From Candidatus Bathyarchaeia archaeon (lineage in GTDB: Archaea; Thermoproteota; Bathyarchaeia; Bathyarchaeales; Bathycorpusculaceae), in the NCBI GenBank assembly GCA_037481775.1, contig JBBFKZ010000023.1:1-25944 (forward strand): DNA of 25,944 bases, read 5' to 3'. The notes under the pieces are model-generated. The model ran no database searches and was not told where the DNA came from. It was given only the letters and a program-made list of their open reading frames with translations. Position 1 is the stretch's first letter. Every line of letters begins with the position of its first letter. The position numbers and the translations under genes were made by a program. Below are positions 1 to 7,841 of the stretch, piece after piece.

Positions 1-1
1 A

Positions 2-76
2 GCCGCCATAGCTGTATCCGTGATCATCGGAGCAGTAATCATGTCGGCAATAGCGTATAAGAAAAGAAGCAAATAG
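2..76 (+). CDS. 3' end of a membrane-anchored protein (partial): AAIAVSVIIGAVIMSAIAYKKRSK*
   Basis: Hand translation of frame 2 gives a hydrophobic helix, a basic tail and TAG at 74-76. The same anchor type ends 1177..2283. Confidence 0.75.
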   Translation, partial: AAIAVSVIIGAVIMSAIAYKKRSK

Positions 77-80
77 CCTC

Positions 81-104
81 TCACTTCCCTCCTTTTTTAT
101 TTTA
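81..104 (+). terminator. Archaeal pyrimidine/oligo-T terminator
   Basis: TCACTTCCCTCCTTTTTTATTTTT lies directly after the stop at 76. Confidence 0.55.
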
Positions 105-146
105 CAGGTTCTATTCAAAGCAGCAGTCAAATTTTGCACTTCATGC

Positions 147-202
147 CCTGTAAACACTAAAGCGATCGAAAAGGTGTCCTAGTGTTTAGTACAGGTGTCC
201 TA
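147..202. promoter_or_regulatory. Candidate operator: overlapping direct and inverted repeats upstream of 276
   Basis: AGGTGTCCTA at 172-181 and 193-202 (21-bp period). TAAACACTA (151-159) is inverted to TAGTGTTTA (180-188). Confidence 0.4.
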
Positions 203-275
203 AAGTGTAGAAATAAGTATTCGTATTGATTAAAATATAGCTCGAAAGACGTCTAGTAAGACGGAGACGAGAAGC

Positions 276-1160
276 ATGAAGCTTAAAACCAAAATAACTG
301 GCACGCTACTGCTTCTGAGCATACTAATTTTATCAGCACCACAGTTATTCGGAGAGAAAACAGTCAAAGCCTTAAATGCTGCCGTAATCTACTCTCCTAA
401 CTATTGGGTTGACGGCATTGACTATGGCGACGAGTTGACCTATACCAGGCAATGCGCAAACAGCATTATGAACTTGTTTAGTACCTACGGCTACAATTAC
501 GGGTGGCTTTATAATTGCCGAGACACTTATGCGACTGTAAGTGCCTACATTAGCAACACCCAATACGCCGAAAGTCACTATGACAAAGTCGCAGTTGTCT
601 CCAAAGGGCACTGCGTACCATTTGGAGCAGACAACCGCGCACCTTGGGGCGTCGGTGATCACTTTAAGCTATTAGATCACTATGGAAATGGAGTTAGGGA
701 TTCTTATGAAATCTATCCTTATACTCAGGGCAAGCATCGCTTCGTTTTTCTGTGGCACTGTGGTACGGCATTTAGTTATCCAACATCGTATGACGGTGAT
801 GGCTATACTGGAATGGCATATTGCTGGACCCGCAATAACGGTATGAGTCTTTATGGCTACTCTTCTAGCAGTGGAACCCATGTCTTTATAGGGTTCTGTA
901 ACTGGTCGCACCAGTACCGAGACCCAACAGGATACGCAGGACATGACTATGGATATTTCGTTGTTCGAGTCTTCACGTACCTACTGCAATATCACTACTC
1001 AGTATCAACATCTCTAGACAGAGCTTCCCAAGACGCGTTTAACCAGCCAAGCTTCACAGGCACGGCGCTCTATTACGGAGAGTACATAGGGAACCCCTCG
1101 CTCCTGAGCTTTATGTGCGTTTATGGCAATGGCCGAGGCCTAGGAGTACCAGGTTATTAA
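276..1160 (+). CDS. Secreted Tyr/Gly-rich protein, probable caspase/gingipain-like (clan CD) fold
   Basis: Signal peptide MKLKTK+hydrophobic stretch. Motifs VAVVSKGH (H112), FVFLWHC (C162), VFIGF and C-terminal VYGN. GGAG SD upstream. Confidence 0.6.
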   Translation: MKLKTKITGTLLLLSILILSAPQLFGEKTVKALNAAVIYSPNYWVDGIDYGDELTYTRQCANSIMNLFSTYGYNYGWLYNCRDTYATVSAYISNTQYAESHYDKVAVVSKGHCVPFGADNRAPWGVGDHFKLLDHYGNGVRDSYEIYPYTQGKHRFVFLWHCGTAFSYPTSYDGDGYTGMAYCWTRNNGMSLYGYSSSSGTHVFIGFCNWSHQYRDPTGYAGHDYGYFVVRVFTYLLQYHYSVSTSLDRASQDAFNQPSFTGTALYYGEYIGNPSLLSFMCVYGNGRGLGVPGY

Positions 1161-1176
1161 AGGAGTGAAATAACAA

Positions 1177-2283
1177 ATGAAACAATTAAACAAAAAACTT
1201 TCAGCAATCCTGCTCCTAATAGCAATCATCAGTTCGCTTGGAACGCTATCTGCAGCGTACTCAACGACCCCAACAACGCAAGAAAAAGCATTGTCGTTTA
1301 TTTCAGACGTACTTCCGCTGGACATGACAAAATATACTAGTACACTAACCCAGTATGTGCTCACTCCCCCATCTGCAGAAGGTTATCCAACCACAGAAAT
1401 TGTAGACTACACCCTCGAATCTAATGGAAGCAAATTGATTGCATCATGTAGTTTTTCCGACAAGGTTTTTACAGGCTGCCTTCTCATCGTACAAAGCGGT
1501 TCGATTCTCTCAAATAGACCTTCCGGCAACTTGATTGACTCAGCCAGAGGCTTTCTCGAGAAATACCAAAACTACACTGGGGATGACTTAACTGACATGA
1601 TAAATGCTCTATCCAATGCTGACGCCACAAAAAACATGACTACTACATCAGGCAACATAAAACTGAAAATATTAAGCCAAAAGATTGACCCAGAAACGGT
1701 TGATACGATATTTCGCTGGATCTACACAGTAAATGGCGCGGGTTACACAGCAATAGGAGTTACTTTTCGAAATGGTGACTTTTACGCTTTACGAGACGAT
1801 AGGGGCATCTACAAGATAGGCAATACTGACGTAAAAATTACGAAAGAACAGGCTGTGGATTTAGCATTAAAATACGTGCAAACTTACTCGTATACAGGAA
1901 TCACAGGTTCAGATGAAAAACCAGAATACGTTGAAATAAGCGGATTCAATATAACCAAAGAGAACATTACTGCAGAATTAAACACCTATCCCCGAGAATC
2001 TTCAACTTTGTATCCGTACTGGAGTGTTCAACTGCCTCTAACAGAAAATTATCCCGGTAATGTCTGGGCACTTTTGGTTAGCGTCTGGGCTGATTCTGGC
2101 GAAGTTTTCCTTTGTCAACCTTTGGCAGTTGGAGGCAATTTAGGCGACCAAACAGCTTCGACACCTTCCCAGGAATCAACTTCGTCAACTTCAGAGTCGC
2201 CGATCAATGTAGCTGTTCTAGCGACCGTAATAATTTTTGCAGTGGTGATAGCAACGGTATTTATCAAGAAAAGAAGGAAGTAG
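1177..2283 (+). CDS. Secreted, C-terminally anchored surface protein with a PepSY-like segment
   Basis: Signal peptide; ITKEQAVDLA...YPYWSV...VSVWADSGEV; Ser/Thr linker, TM helix and KKRRK tail; AGGAGTG SD 16 nt after the previous stop region. Confidence 0.7.
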   Translation: MKQLNKKLSAILLLIAIISSLGTLSAAYSTTPTTQEKALSFISDVLPLDMTKYTSTLTQYVLTPPSAEGYPTTEIVDYTLESNGSKLIASCSFSDKVFTGCLLIVQSGSILSNRPSGNLIDSARGFLEKYQNYTGDDLTDMINALSNADATKNMTTTSGNIKLKILSQKIDPETVDTIFRWIYTVNGAGYTAIGVTFRNGDFYALRDDRGIYKIGNTDVKITKEQAVDLALKYVQTYSYTGITGSDEKPEYVEISGFNITKENITAELNTYPRESSTLYPYWSVQLPLTENYPGNVWALLVSVWADSGEVFLCQPLAVGGNLGDQTASTPSQESTSSTSESPINVAVLATVIIFAVVIATVFIKKRRK

Positions 2284-2291
2284 CAAACTAT

Positions 2292-2594
2292 TTACTCCAC
2301 CCTTTTTCTATGAAAAACCTTGAGCAACGGCAAACCAATCTTCAGAATATCTTCGAGGATTACGTTTTTGGCTGCGCCGCTTCGCTTACTAAGCTTCTCA
2401 AGAATCGCGTCCTGCTGCTGAGCAGTTAGCTCCTTCCAGTCAACCATGAAAACTCTTTCTGTTTTCTCGACGCCCTCCAATGCAGCAGGCTGCGCAATTA
2501 TGCTTTGCACTGGAACTTCGCCGTCTGGAAAGACATCGCCCCAAACCGCTTTGCCTTCAGCGTTCAAGCATGCCCACGTCCCATACTTTCTCAA
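2292..2594 (-). CDS. Virus/mobile-element-like hypothetical protein, possibly 3'-truncated
   Basis: TTG start with GAGGAGG SD, 3 nt after the stop of 2598..3095. The last codons run into the T-tract of the convergent gene. Confidence 0.6.
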   Translation of the reverse strand: MRKYGTWACLNAEGKAVWGDVFPDGEVPVQSIIAQPAALEGVEKTERVFMVDWKELTAQQQDAILEKLSKRSGAAKNVILEDILKIGLPLLKVFHRKRVE

Positions 2595-2597
2595 AGC

Positions 2598-3095
2598 TTA
2601 AGCCTCCTCACTCTGAACATCTATCACCTTTCTCGCAGCAGCGGATTCAGGCAGAGCCGACAGCTGCTGAACCTCATTTATCCGCGGAATAATTACGTCC
2701 TTCAGCACTGTAGCGCCATCTTTCGAAGCAATGTAAGGCAGAAACGCAGTCGTCTTACTACTCTGCAGCAGATACGCCGACTCCAAATGCGACTTTATGA
2801 ACCAGTACATGACGCGCATGCTGATGTCCCAGTTGATGCATTCAGCCTTAGACCGCGTTTTGTGATCCCAAATAGCAGGCGCCTCAACCTTAGCCGAAAC
2901 CTGCAAAGGCAACCCATCGATTTCCTCAACTATCTTAAACTGCACAAAAACATCGTTATGCTCAGGGTCCCAATGCCAATAAACATCCTTAACACCCCAC
3001 TTAGCGAACAAGCCGTCAATTTCGCTCTTCGTGTACAGCGCCTTCAGCTTCGTTGTCTTATACGGCAGGTTAGGGTCATCACTGTAAACCTTCAA
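2598..3095 (-). CDS. Virus-like hypothetical protein
   Basis: GGAGG SD with TTG start. The pattern 'TKSEIDGLFAKWG...MRVMYWFIKSHLE...AFLPYI' resembles, from memory, an uncharacterised family common in (pro)viruses. Confidence 0.65.
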   Translation of the reverse strand: MKVYSDDPNLPYKTTKLKALYTKSEIDGLFAKWGVKDVYWHWDPEHNDVFVQFKIVEEIDGLPLQVSAKVEAPAIWDHKTRSKAECINWDISMRVMYWFIKSHLESAYLLQSSKTTAFLPYIASKDGATVLKDVIIPRINEVQQLSALPESAAARKVIDVQSEEA

Positions 3096-3154
3096 GAAGC
3101 TGCCTCCTGCGGAAAATAGTCTGTGTTATGAAATCTAAACAACAAATTCTCCAT
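3092..3154 (-). CDS. 20-aa mini-ORF MENLLFRFHNTDYFPQEAAS (gene remnant or leader), not in ORF track
   Basis: GAGGT SD 7 nt before ATG. Its TGA overlaps the TTG start of the next gene (TTGA). Confidence 0.35.
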   Translation of the reverse strand: MENLLFRFHNTDYFPQEAAS

Positions 3155-3184
3155 TGAGTAAACCTCTTACCAACCCTCCAGAGC

Positions 3185-3228
3185 AAAGAAAAAGAAAGAA
3201 GGGGAATGGCGAGCCCCCTGTTCGCCAT
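3185..3228 (-). terminator. Hairpin plus pyrimidine/U tract downstream of tRNA-Gln
   Basis: ATGGCGA (3206-3212) pairs with TCGCCAT (3222-3228), followed on the minus strand by TCCCCTTCTTTCTTTTTCTTT. Confidence 0.45.
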
Positions 3229-3258
3229 CTTGAAAAGTATAAATCACACTCTAGAGGG

Positions 3259-3334
3259 TGGTAGCCCGGGAGAGATTCGAACTCTCGTCTAGGGCTCCAG
3301 AGGCCCCTATGCTTGACCGCTACACCACCGGGCT
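3259..3334 (-). tRNA. tRNA-Gln(CTG), CCA encoded
   Basis: Cloverleaf: AGCCCGG/CCGGGCT acceptor (A1:U72), GGGGC-CTCTGGA-GCCCT anticodon arm, GAGAG-TTCGAAT-CTCTC T arm, then A-CCA. Confidence 0.97.
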
Positions 3335-3555
3335 TTGGCTTAAGCAAGAAGACATTAAATTCTAAATAATAACTTTAACGTTGCGTATCTACTACTTTTA
3401 ACTATTTCTCGCAACCGCTTCATTTGTTTTCCCCAACGGGAGAACGTATCTCCTAACTGAAAAGAATTTCTAATAAAGTTTTAAGATAATTAGTATCACT
3501 CCATAATATTAATATGTAATTGTAAACAAAAACATTTCTTAAAGAATAAACTAAA

Positions 3556-4896
3556 ATGGTGAATACCCCTTTGGCGAGGGTTTCAACTGGCTTCCCTAAT
3601 CTAGATAAGGTTCTTCACGGAGGTTTTCAGAGACCTGGCTGTATATACATAAGCGGCGAATCTTCACAGTACATGTCGCCCTTGGTCTTTCAGATGGCTT
3701 ATAGCTTTCTGCAGAACGGTTTAAGAGGATTATACGTTTGTCTAGATCGCTCCGCAGAAGAAACCATCGCTTATTTTAAAGAGTACGGCTTCAACATCGA
3801 CCGTTTCACAGAGGACTATAGCCTGTTTTTCCTTGATTTCTTCTCTCAAAGTCAAGAGGCGCTGATTGAATCGGCACGGCTAGGCGCGCTCTTGTATAAT
3901 CCTGATGACTCATTCATGGCGATAGGCCAGTTCATGGGCTGGATAAAAAATGGTTTCATCATCATCGACACCATCTCTACATTCACATTAAACTTGGAAA
4001 CCAAGAGGGTATATGAATTCGCTAGAGCATTGAAGCTTTTGGCTAGAACCTTCAACCTAATAATTATTGCAATCGCACATACTGCACCACTGGATGCGCA
4101 AACTGCAGAAATGCTCCGTTCGGTTTCAGACGGCAACTTATCCTTGGAGAATGGATCACTTTACGTGAGCGCTTTTCCTGGTGTAACAAGTGGCAATGAA
4201 CGCTTATTGGTAACCAGGAATGGGCGAGGGCGCATAGTTTTGCAGTGTATCCTTCCTTCAGGATTAACACAGGAAGCGATGGACAAAATTGAAGCAGCCT
4301 TCGCTGAGGCGAAGGTGCTAACAGTGAAACCCATCTTAACAGCGACAACATCGCCAACAATTGAGTTGCCCATAGAAAAAGTCATGCAGGCGCTAGAAAA
4401 GCTCAGTATGCCCGATGGTTTTCTTGAAGCAAAACCCTATTGCTCAGCCATCTCCTGCCCTAGCTGTGACTCACAGGAAGTATATCTCTATTTGAAATGT
4501 CCTGACTGCGGCGACATACTGCTTGAGAAAGGCGAAACACTTGAGCACTTCAACTGTGGACATGTAGCCTTTAGACCCAATTTTGAACGTGAAGGCAAAC
4601 TTGTTTGCCCTAAATGCCATAAAGAACTGCGGCAAATAGGCGTCGACTACAGACAAGTAGGCGCATGGTACAAGTGCTCTGCTGGGCACGTATCTCCTAA
4701 TGTTCAATTACAGTTCATCTGCACAAAATGCAGGCGCGAGTTTGACTTGGACAGCGCCAGACTTGGAACACATAATAAATATGAGCTAACCGAGAAAGAC
4801 AAACAATTCATAACAGTTGAGGAGCAAAAACAGAAGCCCGTTTTCACCAGCGAGATTGCCTCTTCAGCAGCCAATCGACATAAGCTTTCATCCTAA
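3556..4896 (+). CDS. KaiC/RAD55-like RecA-fold domain (degenerate Walker A) fused to a TackOD1-type multi-zinc-ribbon domain
   Basis: RVSTGFPNLDKVLHGG KaiC start; Walker A position reads GESSQYMS; Walker B IIIDTIS. C-terminus CPSC..CPDC..HFNCGH..CPKC..GVDY..C..GH..CTKC. Confidence 0.8.
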   Translation: MVNTPLARVSTGFPNLDKVLHGGFQRPGCIYISGESSQYMSPLVFQMAYSFLQNGLRGLYVCLDRSAEETIAYFKEYGFNIDRFTEDYSLFFLDFFSQSQEALIESARLGALLYNPDDSFMAIGQFMGWIKNGFIIIDTISTFTLNLETKRVYEFARALKLLARTFNLIIIAIAHTAPLDAQTAEMLRSVSDGNLSLENGSLYVSAFPGVTSGNERLLVTRNGRGRIVLQCILPSGLTQEAMDKIEAAFAEAKVLTVKPILTATTSPTIELPIEKVMQALEKLSMPDGFLEAKPYCSAISCPSCDSQEVYLYLKCPDCGDILLEKGETLEHFNCGHVAFRPNFEREGKLVCPKCHKELRQIGVDYRQVGAWYKCSAGHVSPNVQLQFICTKCRREFDLDSARLGTHNKYELTEKDKQFITVEEQKQKPVFTSEIASSAANRHKLSS

Positions 4897-6088
4897 CGAC
4901 AGCATAGCATGGCCGATAAAACAGCACAACCAAAGGCGCCAAATACACTTTTCTTAAATCTTCTTTTCTCGGAGAAAGAAGCCCCGCAGTGACTATGGCA
5001 AGAAACTCCAGTCCCATATAGAGGATCATGCTTAAAAGCAGAACATACACAAAAGTCGACTGCAGAAAAATGATAACAAAGAAAAACCAAAAGAAACGTA
5101 TGAACAACAATATCACATCCATAAACAGCATATCATAAAGCGCAGCAACAAATCTAAAGTCAAAATTCTTCTTTGAAAATATGTCACTATGCTTCTTCAA
5201 AGTTTCCACCTGTCCCCTTGTCCACCGAAGCCTCTGCCGAACCCAAGCTCTCCAAGTTTCAGGGCAAAACGTCCAAGCAACCGCGTTTTCTGCGAACACC
5301 AAGCGTTTGCCAAGCTTGCGCATTTTAATGGTAAGGTCAAAATCTTCGGTTATAGTGTCCTTGTCATATTGCCCCAAATGCTCCACATTACTTTTCCAGA
5401 AGGCACCGAAGGCACCGGAAATTATCAGCAAAGTGCCCATTAGGGAATTAAAGCGACGCCCCAGCTCCAGAGACAGCAGATACTCATAAGCTTGAAGCTT
5501 AACCAGCAAATTTACCCTGCCATGCTCACCAGCCAGTATTCTCACGTTACCAGACACCGCGCTTACCTTGGGATTCGCCAACTGCTTAACTGCTTCTCGG
5601 ATGGCATCACGTTCTAAAAGCGTGTCAGCGTCCACTGTAACGATTACTTCGCCAGAAGCAAAAAGCATCCCATAGTTCAAAGCTCCCGACTTTGACCCGC
5701 TCGCAGTCTTTCTACGTAAGAGTTTTATCAAACCTTTCTGAGCGTAGGGATAAGCAAGTTGATAAGTCCTGTCTGTTGATCCATCGTCAACAACAATTAT
5801 TTCCTTATTTGGATAATCTGTTTCAAGAGCAGAGTTTATGGAATTCTCGATAACTTTTTCCTCGTTATGTGCAGGAATTATTATAGAGACCTTAGGCGTA
5901 AAATGCTCCAGCTGCCACCGCTTTTTCCCGCTAAATTTAATAAACAATGCATGAAGCAGTAGCAAAGCCGCTTTCCCAACTGACCGGACGAAATCAATTA
6001 GAATTAATGGCCAAAAAACTATGAGAAAATCAATTAATGTTAAGCTGCCCAGCCAGTCTACAAAATTTTTCCAAAATGACTCAAGCAT
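4844..6088 (-). CDS. Processive GT2 glycosyltransferase (PgaC/IcaA/cellulose-synthase-like)
   Basis: IIIPAHNEE, VDDGS, DAD, TEDFD, QRLRW, N- and C-terminal TM helices. ATG at 6088 is preferred over the track's 6121. Confidence 0.9.
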   Translation of the reverse strand: MLESFWKNFVDWLGSLTLIDFLIVFWPLILIDFVRSVGKAALLLLHALFIKFSGKKRWQLEHFTPKVSIIIPAHNEEKVIENSINSALETDYPNKEIIVVDDGSTDRTYQLAYPYAQKGLIKLLRRKTASGSKSGALNYGMLFASGEVIVTVDADTLLERDAIREAVKQLANPKVSAVSGNVRILAGEHGRVNLLVKLQAYEYLLSLELGRRFNSLMGTLLIISGAFGAFWKSNVEHLGQYDKDTITEDFDLTIKMRKLGKRLVFAENAVAWTFCPETWRAWVRQRLRWTRGQVETLKKHSDIFSKKNFDFRFVAALYDMLFMDVILLFIRFFWFFFVIIFLQSTFVYVLLLSMILYMGLEFLAIVTAGLLSPRKEDLRKVYLAPLVVLFYRPCYAVVRMKAYVDWLLKRQSRW

Positions 6089-6468
6089 TAGCAGTGGAAA
6101 GCATGTCGCTGCGAAAATCAATTTTTCATCAGAAGCGATTCTTGGCGTTTTACATTAAAAACTTTTTTAATGGAAAATAAATATTACCAGTGACTCAGAA
6201 ATTGGTTACTTGAAAAATATTTCGTAGCCACCGTTTCGCTGCGTCTAAATCGATGCTGATGCTTTTCATTTGAAAATTACAAATGCACATCCGGTAAGTA
6301 ATTCATTGTAATAATTCCCATGGAAGATAAACAACTGCAAAGTAACCGTTTATACAGACATAAATAGCTTAATTTCGCTCAAGCAATTGAATGGCATATT
6401 TGTTACTAGGCTAAGCCTTCAAGATGGCGTGAACTTAACATGATGGCAGAATGGTTAAGAGTTAATAG

Positions 6469-6568
6469 TGGCGGGTCCGCTGGGATTTGAACCCAGGACA
6501 TTCAGCTATCTTCACGCTCAATGGGGCGTTAGAAGGCTGACGCGCTATCCGTGCTGCGCCACGGACCC
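6469..6568 (-). tRNA. tRNA-Arg(TCT) with a 22-nt intron at 37/38 (6508..6529), CCA encoded
   Basis: GGGTCCG/CGGACCC acceptor; TCAGC-CTTCTA|intron|A-GCTGA; CTTC:GAAG central helix; CTGGG-TTCAAAT-CCCAG T arm. Confidence 0.95.
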
Positions 6569-6650
6569 TTCCACGGCGCCTTCAATAGTAAATGCTTAAA
6601 GATAAAATTTTACCTATTGCCAGGTAAGTTCCCTTTGAAAAGGCGGGGGT

Positions 6651-7787
6651 TCAGGTTACCCAGTCTGGCGCCGCCTTTTTCTTGAAGAGTAGTACTTGAA
6701 TGTAACCTAAGGCAATTATTGCTAACCATGCAATGGAGTAGAAGAAGTAATAGAAGAAGAGTTCATGGAGTTTGATTTTGAAATTCAGTTTTCGCGCGAA
6801 AAGGAAGAAGGTAATTGCGGTTACCATGAAACTCGCCAGCGAGATCAGCAGAGCCTTCAGCAAGTCTGCTGTTGCGAGGGACGCGAGAAACACGGGCAGC
6901 GCAATATTAAATTTCATTGATAGAAGGAAGGAGAACATTAGAAGTGACTCATGTAACCAGTTGCTGGGTACCATCACGGTTAAGAAGAACATGGCGATTG
7001 AGGGGTAGAGGAAAAATAAGCCTGGCAGGAAGATCTGCGGTTTCTTCATGCATTCCTTGAATAGTTCCTTGTAGCAGCCCTTTAACCATAAAGCTTGCCC
7101 TATGGCCCATCTTCGCCTCTGCCTAAACCATTTACGCCAGCTTGAGTGCACCACATTCTGGACTTCAACTTCCTTTGTGTAAGCAAAAGAAAAGCCTTTA
7201 AGAAAAGCTTTTGTGGCGATGTCTAAGTCCTCGGCTACAACGTTGCTAAAGCCGTTCACCGCGTCAAAGGTCTCTCTTTTGATGGCGAAGGCAGCACCGT
7301 TGGTGGCAGGACACTTGCGCAGATATTCCGATGCTATCCAAGCGCTAACGTTAAACGTGAAGTACTCGTAATATGTCATTTTGGACAAGAAAGAGTTTCG
7401 AATTACACGCTTTTTTATGTCAAGAACGTCAGTATGCCTCATTTCATCAATTATTTTCTTAAGAAATCGCGGGTCATCAGGCAAATCTATGTCGGCGTCT
7501 AAAAATAAGAGAACCTTGCCTGAGGAAAGTTTCACAGAATAGTTAAGCGCATTTGCCTTTCCAATTCGTTTCTTGTTGACTATAAACTTCACGCCAGCAA
7601 AATCTTGAATTTTCTCTAAAAATTGCGGTTCAGGCTCATCGATTGTTACAAAAATTTCCTTGCTAACCTCCTGTGGCACCAGTTTTTTCAATATGTTCGG
7701 CAACTGCTGGGATTCTCTATAGACGGGAATGAAAACACTGATTTCCGTCACAATCTGGCCTCGCTTTGCCTCTCCAATTTTTCTCAT
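6651..7787 (-). CDS. Second processive GT2 glycosyltransferase
   Basis: VFIPVYRE, GKANALN, LDAD, AEDLD, QRRRW and C-terminal TM helices. The first Asp motif is atypical (IDEP). Confidence 0.88.
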   Translation of the reverse strand: MRKIGEAKRGQIVTEISVFIPVYRESQQLPNILKKLVPQEVSKEIFVTIDEPEPQFLEKIQDFAGVKFIVNKKRIGKANALNYSVKLSSGKVLLFLDADIDLPDDPRFLKKIIDEMRHTDVLDIKKRVIRNSFLSKMTYYEYFTFNVSAWIASEYLRKCPATNGAAFAIKRETFDAVNGFSNVVAEDLDIATKAFLKGFSFAYTKEVEVQNVVHSSWRKWFRQRRRWAIGQALWLKGCYKELFKECMKKPQIFLPGLFFLYPSIAMFFLTVMVPSNWLHESLLMFSFLLSMKFNIALPVFLASLATADLLKALLISLASFMVTAITFFLFARKLNFKIKLHELFFYYFFYSIAWLAIIALGYIQVLLFKKKAAPDWVT

Positions 7788-7841
7788 ACTTTAATTCATG
7801 CATATTTATTGTTTTCCCAAAAACCGCTTTTCCCGAGAAAT

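Noticed and set aside
2480-3119. Plus-strand 204-aa and 70-aa ORFs
   Set aside because: Antisense shadows of the SD-led, coupled minus-strand genes.
3135-3347. 70-aa ORF
   Set aside because: It reads through tRNA-Gln and is spurious.
3223-6429. Inverted 12-mer CGCCATCTTGAA (3223-3234) / TTCAAGATGGCG (6418-6429) as element ends
   Set aside because: 12-mer matches are expected by chance in 26 kb. There is no transposase or target duplication, and the pair would enclose a tRNA.
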